Shown here piece by piece: positions 27,693 to 38,120 of a stretch of 64,000 nucleotides of DNA; position 1 is the first letter of the stretch, and each line of letters opens with the position of its first letter. Below the pieces are notes generated by a model. It was not told the origin of the DNA. It worked only from the letters and a program-made list of their open reading frames with translations, and searched no databases. Source of the DNA: Thermoplasmata archaeon (GTDB lineage Archaea; Thermoplasmatota; Thermoplasmata; GCA-020350865); assembly GCA_020348445.1 (NCBI GenBank), contig CP070751.1:343772-407771 (forward strand), given 5' to 3'. The position numbers were made by a program, and so were the translations under genes.

Positions 27693-29168
27693 ATGCCCAA
27701 AACAGAATGGTTTAGGGGAGTGTTTCCTGCAATGGTCACACCCTACAACAGGGACGAGGAAATAAATGATGAGGCCTTCAGAAGCCTGATTGCTCACCTC
27801 CTACCCAATGTGAACGGCATAGTCCCCTGCGGCACAACTGGGGAGTTCATGTACCTTTCTGAAAAGGAAAAGATGCACATTATCGATTTGGCTGTAGATG
27901 AAGTAAAAGGGAAGGTGCCAGTTATCGCGGGAACAGGCTGCCCAAGCACGAAACATACCAAAGAGCTCACACAGTACGCAAAGGATGCAGGTGCTAAAGC
28001 TGCGTTGGTTGTCTCACCCTTTTATCTCAAGCCCTCCTTCAAGGAGCTTTATGAGCACTACGACACCCTAAACTCCTTGGACTTCCCCATCATCCTCTAC
28101 AATATTCCTCAGTGTACTGGGATTCATAAAAAATGGTGGACTGCAGAAGGCCTTGCTCAGTTGGAGAATGTGATTGGAATAAAGGACTCCTCAGGCGATC
28201 TGGCCTTCATGATGGCCCTTTTCGAGAAGATCAAAGGAAAAATCTCGATATTCTGCGGCCACGACGAAATTGCAATGCCTGCATTGGCAGCGGGTGCCGA
28301 CGGTTTGATTCTGGCAAGCGCCAATCTGATTCCAGATATCTGGCAGAAAATATTCAAGGCTGTGAATGAACGCGATTTGGCAGAGGCTCAAAAGCTCCAG
28401 GCCGAAATCCAAAAGCTGGTTAGAATTGTGGTGAGAAACGGTGCAACCCAGGCTGTAAAAGAGGGTCTTAATATGATGGGCCTTTCTATGGGCAACTCAA
28501 GACGTCCTATCATGCCTGGAGGACCTTTCAGAAGAGAGGATAGAGAGGAGCTGAGAATACAGCTTGAGAACCTTGGTAAGATTCAGAAGAAGACAGTGGA
28601 GTTCGAGGTCAGTAAGGGGAATGTGATCACCTCAGATTACCCTGCAGTATCGTACACACCATCTCGCATATCTGATTTCACAATGAAGGTTGGAGAGGGC
28701 TTCGCAGGACCACCTGTCTATGAATTGGCTCATATAGACCTGCTTATCGGAGTAAAAGATGGACCCGTTGGAGCTGCTTTAGAGGAGGCATTGGAAAGGG
28801 AGAAGAAAGAAGGGACAGATACTCTGAGGATCATAAACGACAAACCAAAAACACTTTTGGTTCCCACAGTGACGGTTCGAACAAAAAAGCAGGCTGCGCA
28901 CATCTACGAACATGCAACAAAAGGAGTCAATCTAGCAATAGAGAAGAGTATAAAGGACGGGGTGCTGCCCGAGGCTATCCTGGACGATATCTGCATGATC
29001 GCAAATGTATTTGTTCATCCAGCAGCTGCAAACAGACACAGAATCATGTTCAACAACTACAAGGCCATGCTTCATGCAACAAAAAAGGCCTTGGAAGAAA
29101 GACCCACTATAGATGAGCTACTAAATGAGAAGGAGTGCGCAAGGCATCCCTTCAAATACACGCCTTAG
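27693..29168 (+). CDS. DapA/NAL-family aldolase-Fae fusion, paralog 2
   Basis: GTTGE, LYNIPQCTG, GIKDSSG. Fae-like VGEGF...AHIDLLIG..GPVG...VFVHPAA...NNYKA...RPTIDELL...ARHPF. ATG 27693 follows GGGGTGA. Confidence 0.88.
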   Translation: MPKTEWFRGVFPAMVTPYNRDEEINDEAFRSLIAHLLPNVNGIVPCGTTGEFMYLSEKEKMHIIDLAVDEVKGKVPVIAGTGCPSTKHTKELTQYAKDAGAKAALVVSPFYLKPSFKELYEHYDTLNSLDFPIILYNIPQCTGIHKKWWTAEGLAQLENVIGIKDSSGDLAFMMALFEKIKGKISIFCGHDEIAMPALAAGADGLILASANLIPDIWQKIFKAVNERDLAEAQKLQAEIQKLVRIVVRNGATQAVKEGLNMMGLSMGNSRRPIMPGGPFRREDREELRIQLENLGKIQKKTVEFEVSKGNVITSDYPAVSYTPSRISDFTMKVGEGFAGPPVYELAHIDLLIGVKDGPVGAALEEALEREKKEGTDTLRIINDKPKTLLVPTVTVRTKKQAAHIYEHATKGVNLAIEKSIKDGVLPEAILDDICMIANVFVHPAAANRHRIMFNNYKAMLHATKKALEERPTIDELLNEKECARHPFKYTP

Positions 29169-29252
29169 TAATGCACCCCAGTTCTTCGAAATGTATTTAT
29201 ACTCTTGACGCAGTTATTTACCTAGGCTTATCCAGTTCTCAGAGGGATTGAC

Positions 29253-32243
29253 TTGAGGGACATAGATTTCATTAAGGTGGGCTCATTAAAAATGATTTTC
29301 TCTATCACGATTACATTAACTTTGGTTTTACAGGTTTGCTTTTTAAGTTTTTCATGGGAAGTTGCCCTTGGTGAAGGCCCTTCTCCTGATCCTCTGGACG
29401 TCGATCCAACCACCCTCCAGGAGATAATCAACAAGGTTACAGAGCAGGATGTGGAGAAGTACATCACAGATTTACAAAATTTTGGTACAAGATACTTTAG
29501 AACGACCCAATGCAATCTTTCTGCGCAGTACATATATGATGAATTCAGCAATTATTCAGCACTGAGCGTCGAGAGTGATTATTTCTGGTATGACGGTGTG
29601 CTTGTGAGAAATATCATAGCAACCCTTCCTGGATTAAATGAGACAAATCCCAAGATCTATGTTATAGGAGGCCACTACGATTCTGCTACACTGTCTGATC
29701 CATTGAACAATGCACCGGGTGCAGATGATGACGCCAGTGGAACTGCAGTTGCCCTGGAAGCTGCAAAGATACTCAGCCAGTACAGGTTCGACGCCACAAT
29801 AATATTTGCTACCTGGACCGCCGAGGAAGCCGGCCTTGTGGGAAGCGCACGCTGGGCACAAAATGCCGTAGATAACAACATGGACATAGACGCTTACCTC
29901 AATTTCGATATGATAGGTTACGATCCAGACAATAAAATGGGACTTGACATAGGCTACAATTCTGAATCGATATGGATTGCAGATGAGATGGAGACAATCA
30001 ATACAGATTACAGCATCGGACTCAATATTACGACACGTCCAGGAGGGGTAAGAAGTGACCATGCCTCATTTTGGGCCCAGGGATATCATGCTGTGGAGTG
30101 CATAGAATCTGAGTTCAATACTGATAATTATCATACAATCAACGATACAGTGGACAAGCTCAACATGGAATTCGACAAGAAGGTCACACAGCTTGGAATC
30201 GCAACATTGGCAAAACTTGCTGGTCTTCTGACACCTGGTGTGGGTGCAATATATTTGGATTCCACTGCCTACCAACCTGTGGATACAGTGGAAATCAAAC
30301 TCTATGATACAGACCTGAATTCTAATCCCGGTTTGACCGAGCAGGCCATTGTGGAAATCTCAAGCGACACCGAGACATCCCCTGAACCTGTACTCTTGAC
30401 GGAAACAGGCTCCAACACCAGTGTTTTTATGGGAACGATAAACGTTGATACAGGTATTCCTGCCTCAGACGGGATATTACAGGTTTCCGAGGGCGATATT
30501 ATAACTGCAGTATACAATGATGTAGATCCTGCGGGAACAAGAACGGACAAAGCGGAAATTGATGGTATTCCCCCTGTAATCAGCAATGTTGTTGCGACAC
30601 CTGATGTCACCTCGGCAATCATTACCTGGACAACAGATGAACCCAGCGATTCAAGGGTATATTTTGGTATATCATCAACACTCTTTTTGGAAGTGTACGA
30701 TTCTAAAATGGTGACCTCACATTCCATAGAACTTACTGGATTGGAACCCTCCCTTTTGTATTATTATGATGTTGAATCTAAAGATGTGGCAGGTAATATT
30801 AGAAGAGATGACAACTCAAGCGTACATTACAATTTTAAAACCTTGCTTGGATTCTCGATCTCAGCAAATGGGGGTTATGTTGGTTACGTTAAAGAAAGCC
30901 AACCGACTCTCAACTATTTCGATGGTCCAGACATCCTCGTGGGGCACGGGGCCCAGGGAATATACCATGGTGCAGCGCAGTTCAATGTCTCCTGGTTTCC
31001 AAAAGACGCAACCATCACATATGCAACTGTGCAGTTTTATGGCAGTAGGTGGCATTACACTGGATCTGGAGGTAGCTGGTATCTGCGGTTGCTGAACAGC
31101 AGTGTGGATTTAGACTGGCAATCTCTTGGTTATACTGATATCCACAATGCCCAGGCAGAAGATACCATATCACCCACTATGCAGGATGGCGATTTAAAGA
31201 GGAAGCAATGGAACACATTCACGTTTGCCAGCGGACAGTATGAGGCACTGAAAAATCGAATCTTGAACCAAACGATTTCGTTTAGGCTCGACGGTCCGCA
31301 ATCAGGATATTACTTGTTCATTTGGGATACTGGAAATGGGGACGAGAGTTATGGCCCCGAGTATGCGCCTCGTATAACGATACGCTATGATACCGTGGGT
31401 GATACCGATGGACCGGTATTAGCTGATTTACAAGTTACACCAAGTCCCACCTACGGTGTGATTGAGGTGAACCTTTCTGCAGTGATCTCAGATGCTGGGT
31501 ACGGCGGTTCGAACATAACAGAAGCCAGGTATTATGATCCCATCCAAAAATCATGGATAAAAATGGATCCAAAGGACGGCTCTTTTGATTCGTCAACCGA
31601 AAATTTGGAAAAAACAATAGATATATACTCATGGCCTGACGGCACCTATGAAATATTTATTAGAGGATTGGATGAGGCAGGTAATTGGGGAAGCCCAGTT
31701 TCGGTAGTGCTTGAAAAGAAACAGACCTTTGATCTTCAGCTGCAGTACGGCTGGAACCTGATTTCCATTGCCCTAATTCCTTCAGATACGTCGCTTTTAA
31801 AGGTCCTGGAATCCATAGTCGATGATTACGATATTGTGCAGTATTACAGTGCATCTGATTTTGCAGACCATTGGAAACACAACCAAGTTTCAAAACCATC
31901 CCATCTAAATGATCTAGGATTCCTGGATAGCACAATGGGATTCTGGGTGCACATCACAAATCCAAGTGGAGCTCTGCTCCAATGCTCAGGCTCTCCATTT
32001 ACTGAAGACCAGATGGTCACCCTACACCGTGGCTGGAATCTTGTGGGTTATCCTTCTACAGGGAATATGAACAGAACAGAGGGACTGAACATTTTGACTT
32101 TCCCAGATAATGTGAACGCGATCTGGACCTACGATGCATCCAGTCAGAGATGGGAGAGTATGGGCCCTGATGATGATTTTGAGGTGGGCAAGGGTTATTA
32201 TGTCCATTCCAAGGATGATGTTATTTGGGAAGTGCCGCTATAA
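29253..32243 (+). CDS. Secreted M28-family Zn aminopeptidase with FN3-like domain and GWNL-type C-terminal module
   Basis: GGHYDS, GADDDASG, AEEAGLVGS, NFDMIGY, SDHASF, YHTINDT. WTTDEPSDS FN3-like domain. C-terminal GWNLIS...GWNLVGYPS module. Confidence 0.88.
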   Translation: MRDIDFIKVGSLKMIFSITITLTLVLQVCFLSFSWEVALGEGPSPDPLDVDPTTLQEIINKVTEQDVEKYITDLQNFGTRYFRTTQCNLSAQYIYDEFSNYSALSVESDYFWYDGVLVRNIIATLPGLNETNPKIYVIGGHYDSATLSDPLNNAPGADDDASGTAVALEAAKILSQYRFDATIIFATWTAEEAGLVGSARWAQNAVDNNMDIDAYLNFDMIGYDPDNKMGLDIGYNSESIWIADEMETINTDYSIGLNITTRPGGVRSDHASFWAQGYHAVECIESEFNTDNYHTINDTVDKLNMEFDKKVTQLGIATLAKLAGLLTPGVGAIYLDSTAYQPVDTVEIKLYDTDLNSNPGLTEQAIVEISSDTETSPEPVLLTETGSNTSVFMGTINVDTGIPASDGILQVSEGDIITAVYNDVDPAGTRTDKAEIDGIPPVISNVVATPDVTSAIITWTTDEPSDSRVYFGISSTLFLEVYDSKMVTSHSIELTGLEPSLLYYYDVESKDVAGNIRRDDNSSVHYNFKTLLGFSISANGGYVGYVKESQPTLNYFDGPDILVGHGAQGIYHGAAQFNVSWFPKDATITYATVQFYGSRWHYTGSGGSWYLRLLNSSVDLDWQSLGYTDIHNAQAEDTISPTMQDGDLKRKQWNTFTFASGQYEALKNRILNQTISFRLDGPQSGYYLFIWDTGNGDESYGPEYAPRITIRYDTVGDTDGPVLADLQVTPSPTYGVIEVNLSAVISDAGYGGSNITEARYYDPIQKSWIKMDPKDGSFDSSTENLEKTIDIYSWPDGTYEIFIRGLDEAGNWGSPVSVVLEKKQTFDLQLQYGWNLISIALIPSDTSLLKVLESIVDDYDIVQYYSASDFADHWKHNQVSKPSHLNDLGFLDSTMGFWVHITNPSGALLQCSGSPFTEDQMVTLHRGWNLVGYPSTGNMNRTEGLNILTFPDNVNAIWTYDASSQRWESMGPDDDFEVGKGYYVHSKDDVIWEVPL

Positions 32244-32537
32244 ATAATATATATAAAGTATTTTAAGTCAGTGCTAATATCTAACAACAATTATATAATT
32301 CCAATGAAAATATTAAAAAAAAGTCAAAAAAAAAATATAATAATTATCTTATAATAAAAACCTAACAATAAATTTAAATATTTTGAAGACAATAAGCTTT
32401 TGGAGATACAACTTAGGGTAAGCGATTATAGAGGGAGAAGAGAGTCACTTTAGGAATGAAACGGTTCATTGTTGTGAATCTTCCCTATTTTCGCATGCCT
32501 TCGGGTTAGTTAAATCAAATAGATAGGAGGAAAAGAT

Positions 32538-34985
32538 ATGAGGAAATTGACCAAATTATTTGTGTGCGCGAACATTGTGATGATAACTGCTTTGGCTTTT
32601 CTGGTGACAACATCTCCAAGGGCTAGTGCTGGAACTGTTGTGGGTGGCCCCATCGATAGTGACACAACTTGGGACATAGAAGGGAGCCCATATTGGATTG
32701 TGGATGATGTAACTGTTGTCAATGGTGCGAACCTAACAATTGAAATCGGTGTGGATGTTTTATTCAATGGTTCTTTTGGCATATATGTAGAAGAGGGAGC
32801 AATAATTTGGATTGTACAGGGCATATCTCAAAGAAATTATGCTCTATTTTCTTGGAATTCCGATTCGGGAGCACCATACCCGGGTCGATGGCATGGTATT
32901 GAGTTCGAGGATTCGAGCTATGATTACTCTTCAATACGATACTCAGTGATTGAGTATGCTATCTATGGTGTGAAGTTGGAGAGAGCGTCCCCTTTGATCC
33001 GAAATTGCACAATCAGAAACTGCACTTATGGTATCTATTCCTATTACGGCTCCCCAACAATCGAGAACAACACTATTGAGAATTGCACGGAAGAAGGTAT
33101 ATTTATAAGAGGTAAGGATCCTTCTAGTGGGTTTGTAAATATCGAAAATAACATAGTTTATAATAACACAAATCGAGGTATTGTTCTATATCTTACTTCT
33201 AATGTCAGACTCAGAAATAATAGTATTTCTAATAGCAGTTATAATTTCGGTGTATGGGGTATTGCATTTCCGAACTTCAACCATGATATAGACGCAACAA
33301 ATACTGTGAATAAGAAACCCATATATTATTGGAGGAATCATGAGCATGACAATGAACCTATACCCTTCAACGCGGGTTATGTTGGCATCATAAATTCGAC
33401 GAATATCACAGCAGTAAATTTAACTCTAACTAATAATGGGCAGGGTGTTTTGGTTGTTCAATCGAATCATACAAATATAGATAATGTGACCGCATCATTT
33501 AATGAATTTGGTATGTATATGTTATTACCCTCTTACAGCACCGTAAATAACAGTAATGTTACATTTAATAAAAATACCGGCATAGATATTCAATCATCAT
33601 CAAACATCAATATAACTTATAATAATGTTACTTCGAATAATGAGGGCGGTATCTCTATCATTTCATCATCTAACTTAAATATAACTGATAATAATGTTTC
33701 TTTGAACATTGGTAGTGGTATTGGTATTGGGTCTTCATCAGATGTTCATTTAATAAACAACATTTTCACCTCGAACAACGGCAATGGCGTTTCAATTGGA
33801 TCATCATCTAATATTAAAATTCTGGATAACTCAATAATCTCAAACAACGTGGAGGGCATTAATCTCCAAGATTCAAATGATAACATAATAATTAACAATG
33901 ATGTGGAGTCAAATACATTTAATGGCATATACCTCTACCAATCAAGCAGGAACAACCTTTCATCTAACGAGATTATATTTAATTATGATGGAATACTTGT
34001 AAGGGACTCAGACTGGAATAATATAACAGGAAACAACATATCCTCAAACACCAAAGATGGCATCTTTTTTGATTACTTTTCTGATAGAAACAATATTACT
34101 AGTAATAATATTACTTCTAATGACAGATATGGTATATTTATCTGCTGGCTGTCAGATTGGAACAACATTGAAGATAATAATATCTCCTATAACTTTGATG
34201 ATGGTCTCTTAATATTAGACTCTGATTGGAACAATATTACGGGTAACGATATTTTATCAAACAACGGTCATGGTATATTTTTTTGTTATTCATCAAATAA
34301 CATGATTTTGAATTCCTATGTTTCTAACAATGATAACGGTATAAGGTTCCTTTCTTCTGACGATAGTACCGTGTCAAATTGCGAAATGTTGAGCAATAAC
34401 TATGGCATTTATGTTAAGTCTTCATCTAACATCGAAATAACCAAGACAAATATCTCGAATAATAACAATGGTATTCGTTTGGAATCCACGTCAAATATTA
34501 ACACCTCGTTGTGTAATATATCATTGAACAATTATTATGGTGTCAGAGCAGAAGCTGCCGATTGTGTCCTTTACAACGATATAATTGGGTGGAATGGACA
34601 TATTGGTGTTAAATGCGCTGGAAATAGTGATCTAACTATTAAAGACAACATTGTAGTATATAATGAAATTGCAGGCATTAATTGCTCAGGAAGTGCCCCA
34701 ACCATTACCTACAACGATATAGAAAACAATACATGGTATGGTATAGGAAGCAAAGACGGGAGCAACCCGACCATTAACTACAATAATATTTGCAATAATG
34801 GAGGAGGGTCCTCTGGGCCCGGGTATGGAGTTATCAATACTTATTCCTCAATAACGATAGATGCGGAGAATAATTGGTGGAACGCTGCTAGTGGACCATA
34901 CCATCCGGTTGATAATCCCGGTGGTACAGGCGATAAAGTTTCAAGTTATGTAGATTTTGATCCATATTCAAATGCGAGATTTTAA
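32538..34985 (+). CDS. Secreted right-handed beta-helix (NosD/CASH) repeat protein
   Basis: Signal peptide, many N(N/I)I..N...GI repeats, C-terminal DAENNWW.ASGPYHP motif. Confidence 0.85.
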   Translation: MRKLTKLFVCANIVMITALAFLVTTSPRASAGTVVGGPIDSDTTWDIEGSPYWIVDDVTVVNGANLTIEIGVDVLFNGSFGIYVEEGAIIWIVQGISQRNYALFSWNSDSGAPYPGRWHGIEFEDSSYDYSSIRYSVIEYAIYGVKLERASPLIRNCTIRNCTYGIYSYYGSPTIENNTIENCTEEGIFIRGKDPSSGFVNIENNIVYNNTNRGIVLYLTSNVRLRNNSISNSSYNFGVWGIAFPNFNHDIDATNTVNKKPIYYWRNHEHDNEPIPFNAGYVGIINSTNITAVNLTLTNNGQGVLVVQSNHTNIDNVTASFNEFGMYMLLPSYSTVNNSNVTFNKNTGIDIQSSSNINITYNNVTSNNEGGISIISSSNLNITDNNVSLNIGSGIGIGSSSDVHLINNIFTSNNGNGVSIGSSSNIKILDNSIISNNVEGINLQDSNDNIIINNDVESNTFNGIYLYQSSRNNLSSNEIIFNYDGILVRDSDWNNITGNNISSNTKDGIFFDYFSDRNNITSNNITSNDRYGIFICWLSDWNNIEDNNISYNFDDGLLILDSDWNNITGNDILSNNGHGIFFCYSSNNMILNSYVSNNDNGIRFLSSDDSTVSNCEMLSNNYGIYVKSSSNIEITKTNISNNNNGIRLESTSNINTSLCNISLNNYYGVRAEAADCVLYNDIIGWNGHIGVKCAGNSDLTIKDNIVVYNEIAGINCSGSAPTITYNDIENNTWYGIGSKDGSNPTINYNNICNNGGGSSGPGYGVINTYSSITIDAENNWWNAASGPYHPVDNPGGTGDKVSSYVDFDPYSNARF

Positions 34986-35041
34986 TGGAGTTTCAATAAA
35001 TTATAATACGAACTTATATACTTAAAAGGAAATATATATGC

Positions 35042-37138
35042 GTGATGTTAGAAATGAGGAAGTTACTTTCAATCATGGTGATAGTTGTATTTGTAGTCAT
35101 GATTACCAATTCAAATAACAATACTTTGAGCATTAGAGCTGAGACCTTTACTTCAAATATAATTATCGAAAATAATCTATCAGTTCAAGTCCAACCCTCG
35201 ATCACTGTTGATGAGTTTGATAATGTCTACGTTGTCTGGCGTGACTATAGAAATGATCCAAGTCTTCCATCCAATGGTCGCGGTGATATATATTTTGCTA
35301 GATCTATTGATGACGGTTTATCTTTTAACATTTCTCAGAAAGTTAGTGATGACCCAGGAGATGCACAACAAAATATACCTTCTGTTGCAATAGATTCCAA
35401 TGGGGTAATCCACGTTGTATGGGAAGATTGGCGGAACGATGCCGATGGGAGATGGGTGGGTAGCGATGGTGGAATTGATGGTTTGAACAACAGTGATATT
35501 TATTATGCGAATTCATCTGATGGTGGCATAACATGGAGTACAAGTAAAATGATAAACGATGACGGTGGCACAACAGATCAAGGTAGCCCTGATATTACAA
35601 TTGATAACAATGATATGATTCATATAGTATGGGAAGATAGGAGAAGGGTTGACAATTTCGATATCTATTATGCAAATACTACGGATGGAGGAAGAACCTT
35701 TAATGTAAATAAAAAAATCAATGATGTAGATAGTGCTTCGAGAGATCCTGCTATTGATGTTGATCATATGAATAATTTACATATAGTTTGGACAGACTAT
35801 AGAAACACAGGGGTTACAGGTCCAGATATTTATTATGCGAATTCAACAGACAGTGGAATAACTTTTAGTACAAACATTAGGGTAAGTGATGATATAACTA
35901 ACACATATCAATTCTGGCCAGATATAGCGGTTGGTGGTGGCATTATTGGGATTGTGTGGGAAGATCAAAGAGAAACCAGTGTGTATTATGCGAATTCAAC
36001 TGATGATGGAATTACTTTCAGTTCGAATAAAAGGGTCAATGATGTTATTGGTGCATCCAACTGGGATGCGGCAATTGCCATAAATAAAGATGGATATATT
36101 TGCGTAGCTTGGGAAGGTAAGGATAATGATATTTATTTTGCAAATTCTACAGATGGGGGTGCAACATTCAGCCCAGCTCAGAGGGTAAATGATGATATTG
36201 GTTCTAATTTTCAACGTTTAGCTTCAATAGCTCTAAAAAAAAGAACATCTTATATCGTATGGCAGGATAACAGAAACGGTAACTATGATATCTATTTTTC
36301 CCGCTCAAATTATCCTCCATCTATAACTACACCAATTTCTCTACCTAATAATTCCATTATAACGAATGATACGATGACACTGGTGGTCACCTCAGTCACC
36401 GATCTAGACAACGATACAGTCTATTACAATTTCACAATTTCAGATCAACCTGATGCCGAAAGCGGCACTATTTACTATAGTGGTTGGATAAAATCAACGT
36501 CTTGGAAACCTCCCCCACTGCCCGACGGTAAATGGTATTGGCACACATATACATCAGATATGTGGAATACAACTGCTCCGAATTGGGTCTGGAATTTTAC
36601 AATCAATACCACTCTAAGTTATAGCATCCAGCTTTATGAGGGTTGGAACCTGATCTCGATTCCCATTATTCAGATTGATACAAAATTGGAAAGTGTACTT
36701 GATTCTATAAACGGTTCCTACGATGCCATCCAATGGTATAACGCTGGAGATAACTCCGATAATTGGAAACACCACCAAATATCAAAACCATCTGAATTGA
36801 ATGATTTAGGGATTATCGACCATATAATGGGCTTTTGGGTACATGTAACTCAACCTGGCGGAGTTTTATTACGATGTTCTGGGATAATACCGAATGAAAA
36901 TCAGAGTATAACCTTAAAAACAGGTTGGAATCTTGTAGGATACCCCTCATTGAGCAATAAAAGTAGAACCTTGGCCTTAAACAATCTTACCTTTGACACC
37001 GATATAGATGCGATCTGGACATACAATGCCTCTAACCAAAAATGGGAAAAGATAGGTGAGTTCGATTACTTTGAAAAGGGGAGAGGTTATTATATTCATT
37101 CCAAGGACGATGTAATTTGGGAAGTGCCGTTTCAATAA
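35042..37138 (+). CDS. Secreted Asp-box (BNR/sialidase-like) beta-propeller protein with GWNL-type C-terminal module
   Basis: Six (S/T)xDxGx(T/S)(F/W) Asp-boxes, IHxVWEDxR motifs, C-terminal GWNL module. Confidence 0.85.
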   Translation: MMLEMRKLLSIMVIVVFVVMITNSNNNTLSIRAETFTSNIIIENNLSVQVQPSITVDEFDNVYVVWRDYRNDPSLPSNGRGDIYFARSIDDGLSFNISQKVSDDPGDAQQNIPSVAIDSNGVIHVVWEDWRNDADGRWVGSDGGIDGLNNSDIYYANSSDGGITWSTSKMINDDGGTTDQGSPDITIDNNDMIHIVWEDRRRVDNFDIYYANTTDGGRTFNVNKKINDVDSASRDPAIDVDHMNNLHIVWTDYRNTGVTGPDIYYANSTDSGITFSTNIRVSDDITNTYQFWPDIAVGGGIIGIVWEDQRETSVYYANSTDDGITFSSNKRVNDVIGASNWDAAIAINKDGYICVAWEGKDNDIYFANSTDGGATFSPAQRVNDDIGSNFQRLASIALKKRTSYIVWQDNRNGNYDIYFSRSNYPPSITTPISLPNNSIITNDTMTLVVTSVTDLDNDTVYYNFTISDQPDAESGTIYYSGWIKSTSWKPPPLPDGKWYWHTYTSDMWNTTAPNWVWNFTINTTLSYSIQLYEGWNLISIPIIQIDTKLESVLDSINGSYDAIQWYNAGDNSDNWKHHQISKPSELNDLGIIDHIMGFWVHVTQPGGVLLRCSGIIPNENQSITLKTGWNLVGYPSLSNKSRTLALNNLTFDTDIDAIWTYNASNQKWEKIGEFDYFEKGRGYYIHSKDDVIWEVPFQ

Positions 37139-37230
37139 AGAACCATAGTAGATGCTATATACTATGAACGACTTTTTCTGCATGTCAAATCCCAATAACA
37201 ATATAAAGATGATTTCCAGGTGAACAATAA

Positions 37231-38055
37231 ATGAAAGCCATCATAATCTGCAAGCCAGACATCGCGTCCTGCAACATATTCGAGAATCTAAAATCATTAA
37301 GAAATTGGAAGGAGGAAGGTGAATTTCAGGGCAATCCCCTCCTTTTTTACGACGATTTTCTCATGGCCACCATAAATGATGAGCATATTTTCCATGACAA
37401 TGTCGATATCGAGCTTGGGAAGGTACTAAAACAAAAACCAGAGTGCATTATCTACGCATCCAGACATAGAAGCGAATCAGGGAAAAGGAGCCTTACTGTC
37501 CACCCCATTGGCAACTTCGGAAAGGCTGAATTCGGTGGAAAGGAGAAGACATTAATTCCCTCCTCCCCCCATCTGATGACCGAGGCATTGCGGATACTTA
37601 GAAAAAAAGCCAAGGACCTGGACTTCTCAGTATCTTTCGAAGCCACTCATCACGGACCTTTTCTTTCAACTCCAACATTCTTTATTGAAATCGGAAGTGA
37701 CGAGGAGACATGGCGCTATAAAGGAGCGGGAAGGGCCATTGCAGAGACTATTTTAGAGACCCAAACCAGGGAATATGAGGTTGGCATCGGAATAGGGGGA
37801 GGCCACTATTCCCCGCGAATGACAGATGTCGCAATAGAAAGGAAAATATCCTTTGGTCATATCGTACCCACCTATGCCCTCTCGAATCTGACCCCAGATA
37901 TGGCCAGGCAAGTGATATCTCAAACGCAAGATGTCAAGAAGGTGCACTTCCACAAAAAACATTTAAAAGGTGAGGAATACAGGAAGTGGAAGGAGTTCTT
38001 TTTGAAAATCGGAATCACTCCCGTTAAAAGTGCGGATTTGGAATTGCTAAAGTAA
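37231..38055 (+). CDS. dtdA: Archaeal D-aminoacyl-tRNA deacylase
   Basis: ASRHRS, SLTVHPIGN, EATHHGP, FIEIGS, GGGHYSP, FGHI. Confidence 0.92.
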   Translation: MKAIIICKPDIASCNIFENLKSLRNWKEEGEFQGNPLLFYDDFLMATINDEHIFHDNVDIELGKVLKQKPECIIYASRHRSESGKRSLTVHPIGNFGKAEFGGKEKTLIPSSPHLMTEALRILRKKAKDLDFSVSFEATHHGPFLSTPTFFIEIGSDEETWRYKGAGRAIAETILETQTREYEVGIGIGGGHYSPRMTDVAIERKISFGHIVPTYALSNLTPDMARQVISQTQDVKKVHFHKKHLKGEEYRKWKEFFLKIGITPVKSADLELLK

Positions 38056-38120
38056 TTATTGTTCATCCATCTGCTTGCGAAGATAATATATATCTTAACT
38101 CTTTTTGGAGAACGAGAAAA

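Noticed and set aside
26260-29168. Plain dapA (lysine biosynthesis) annotation
   Set aside because: The Arg138 equivalent is Cys in both copies, both carry Fae domains, and no dapB/asd/lysC is adjacent.
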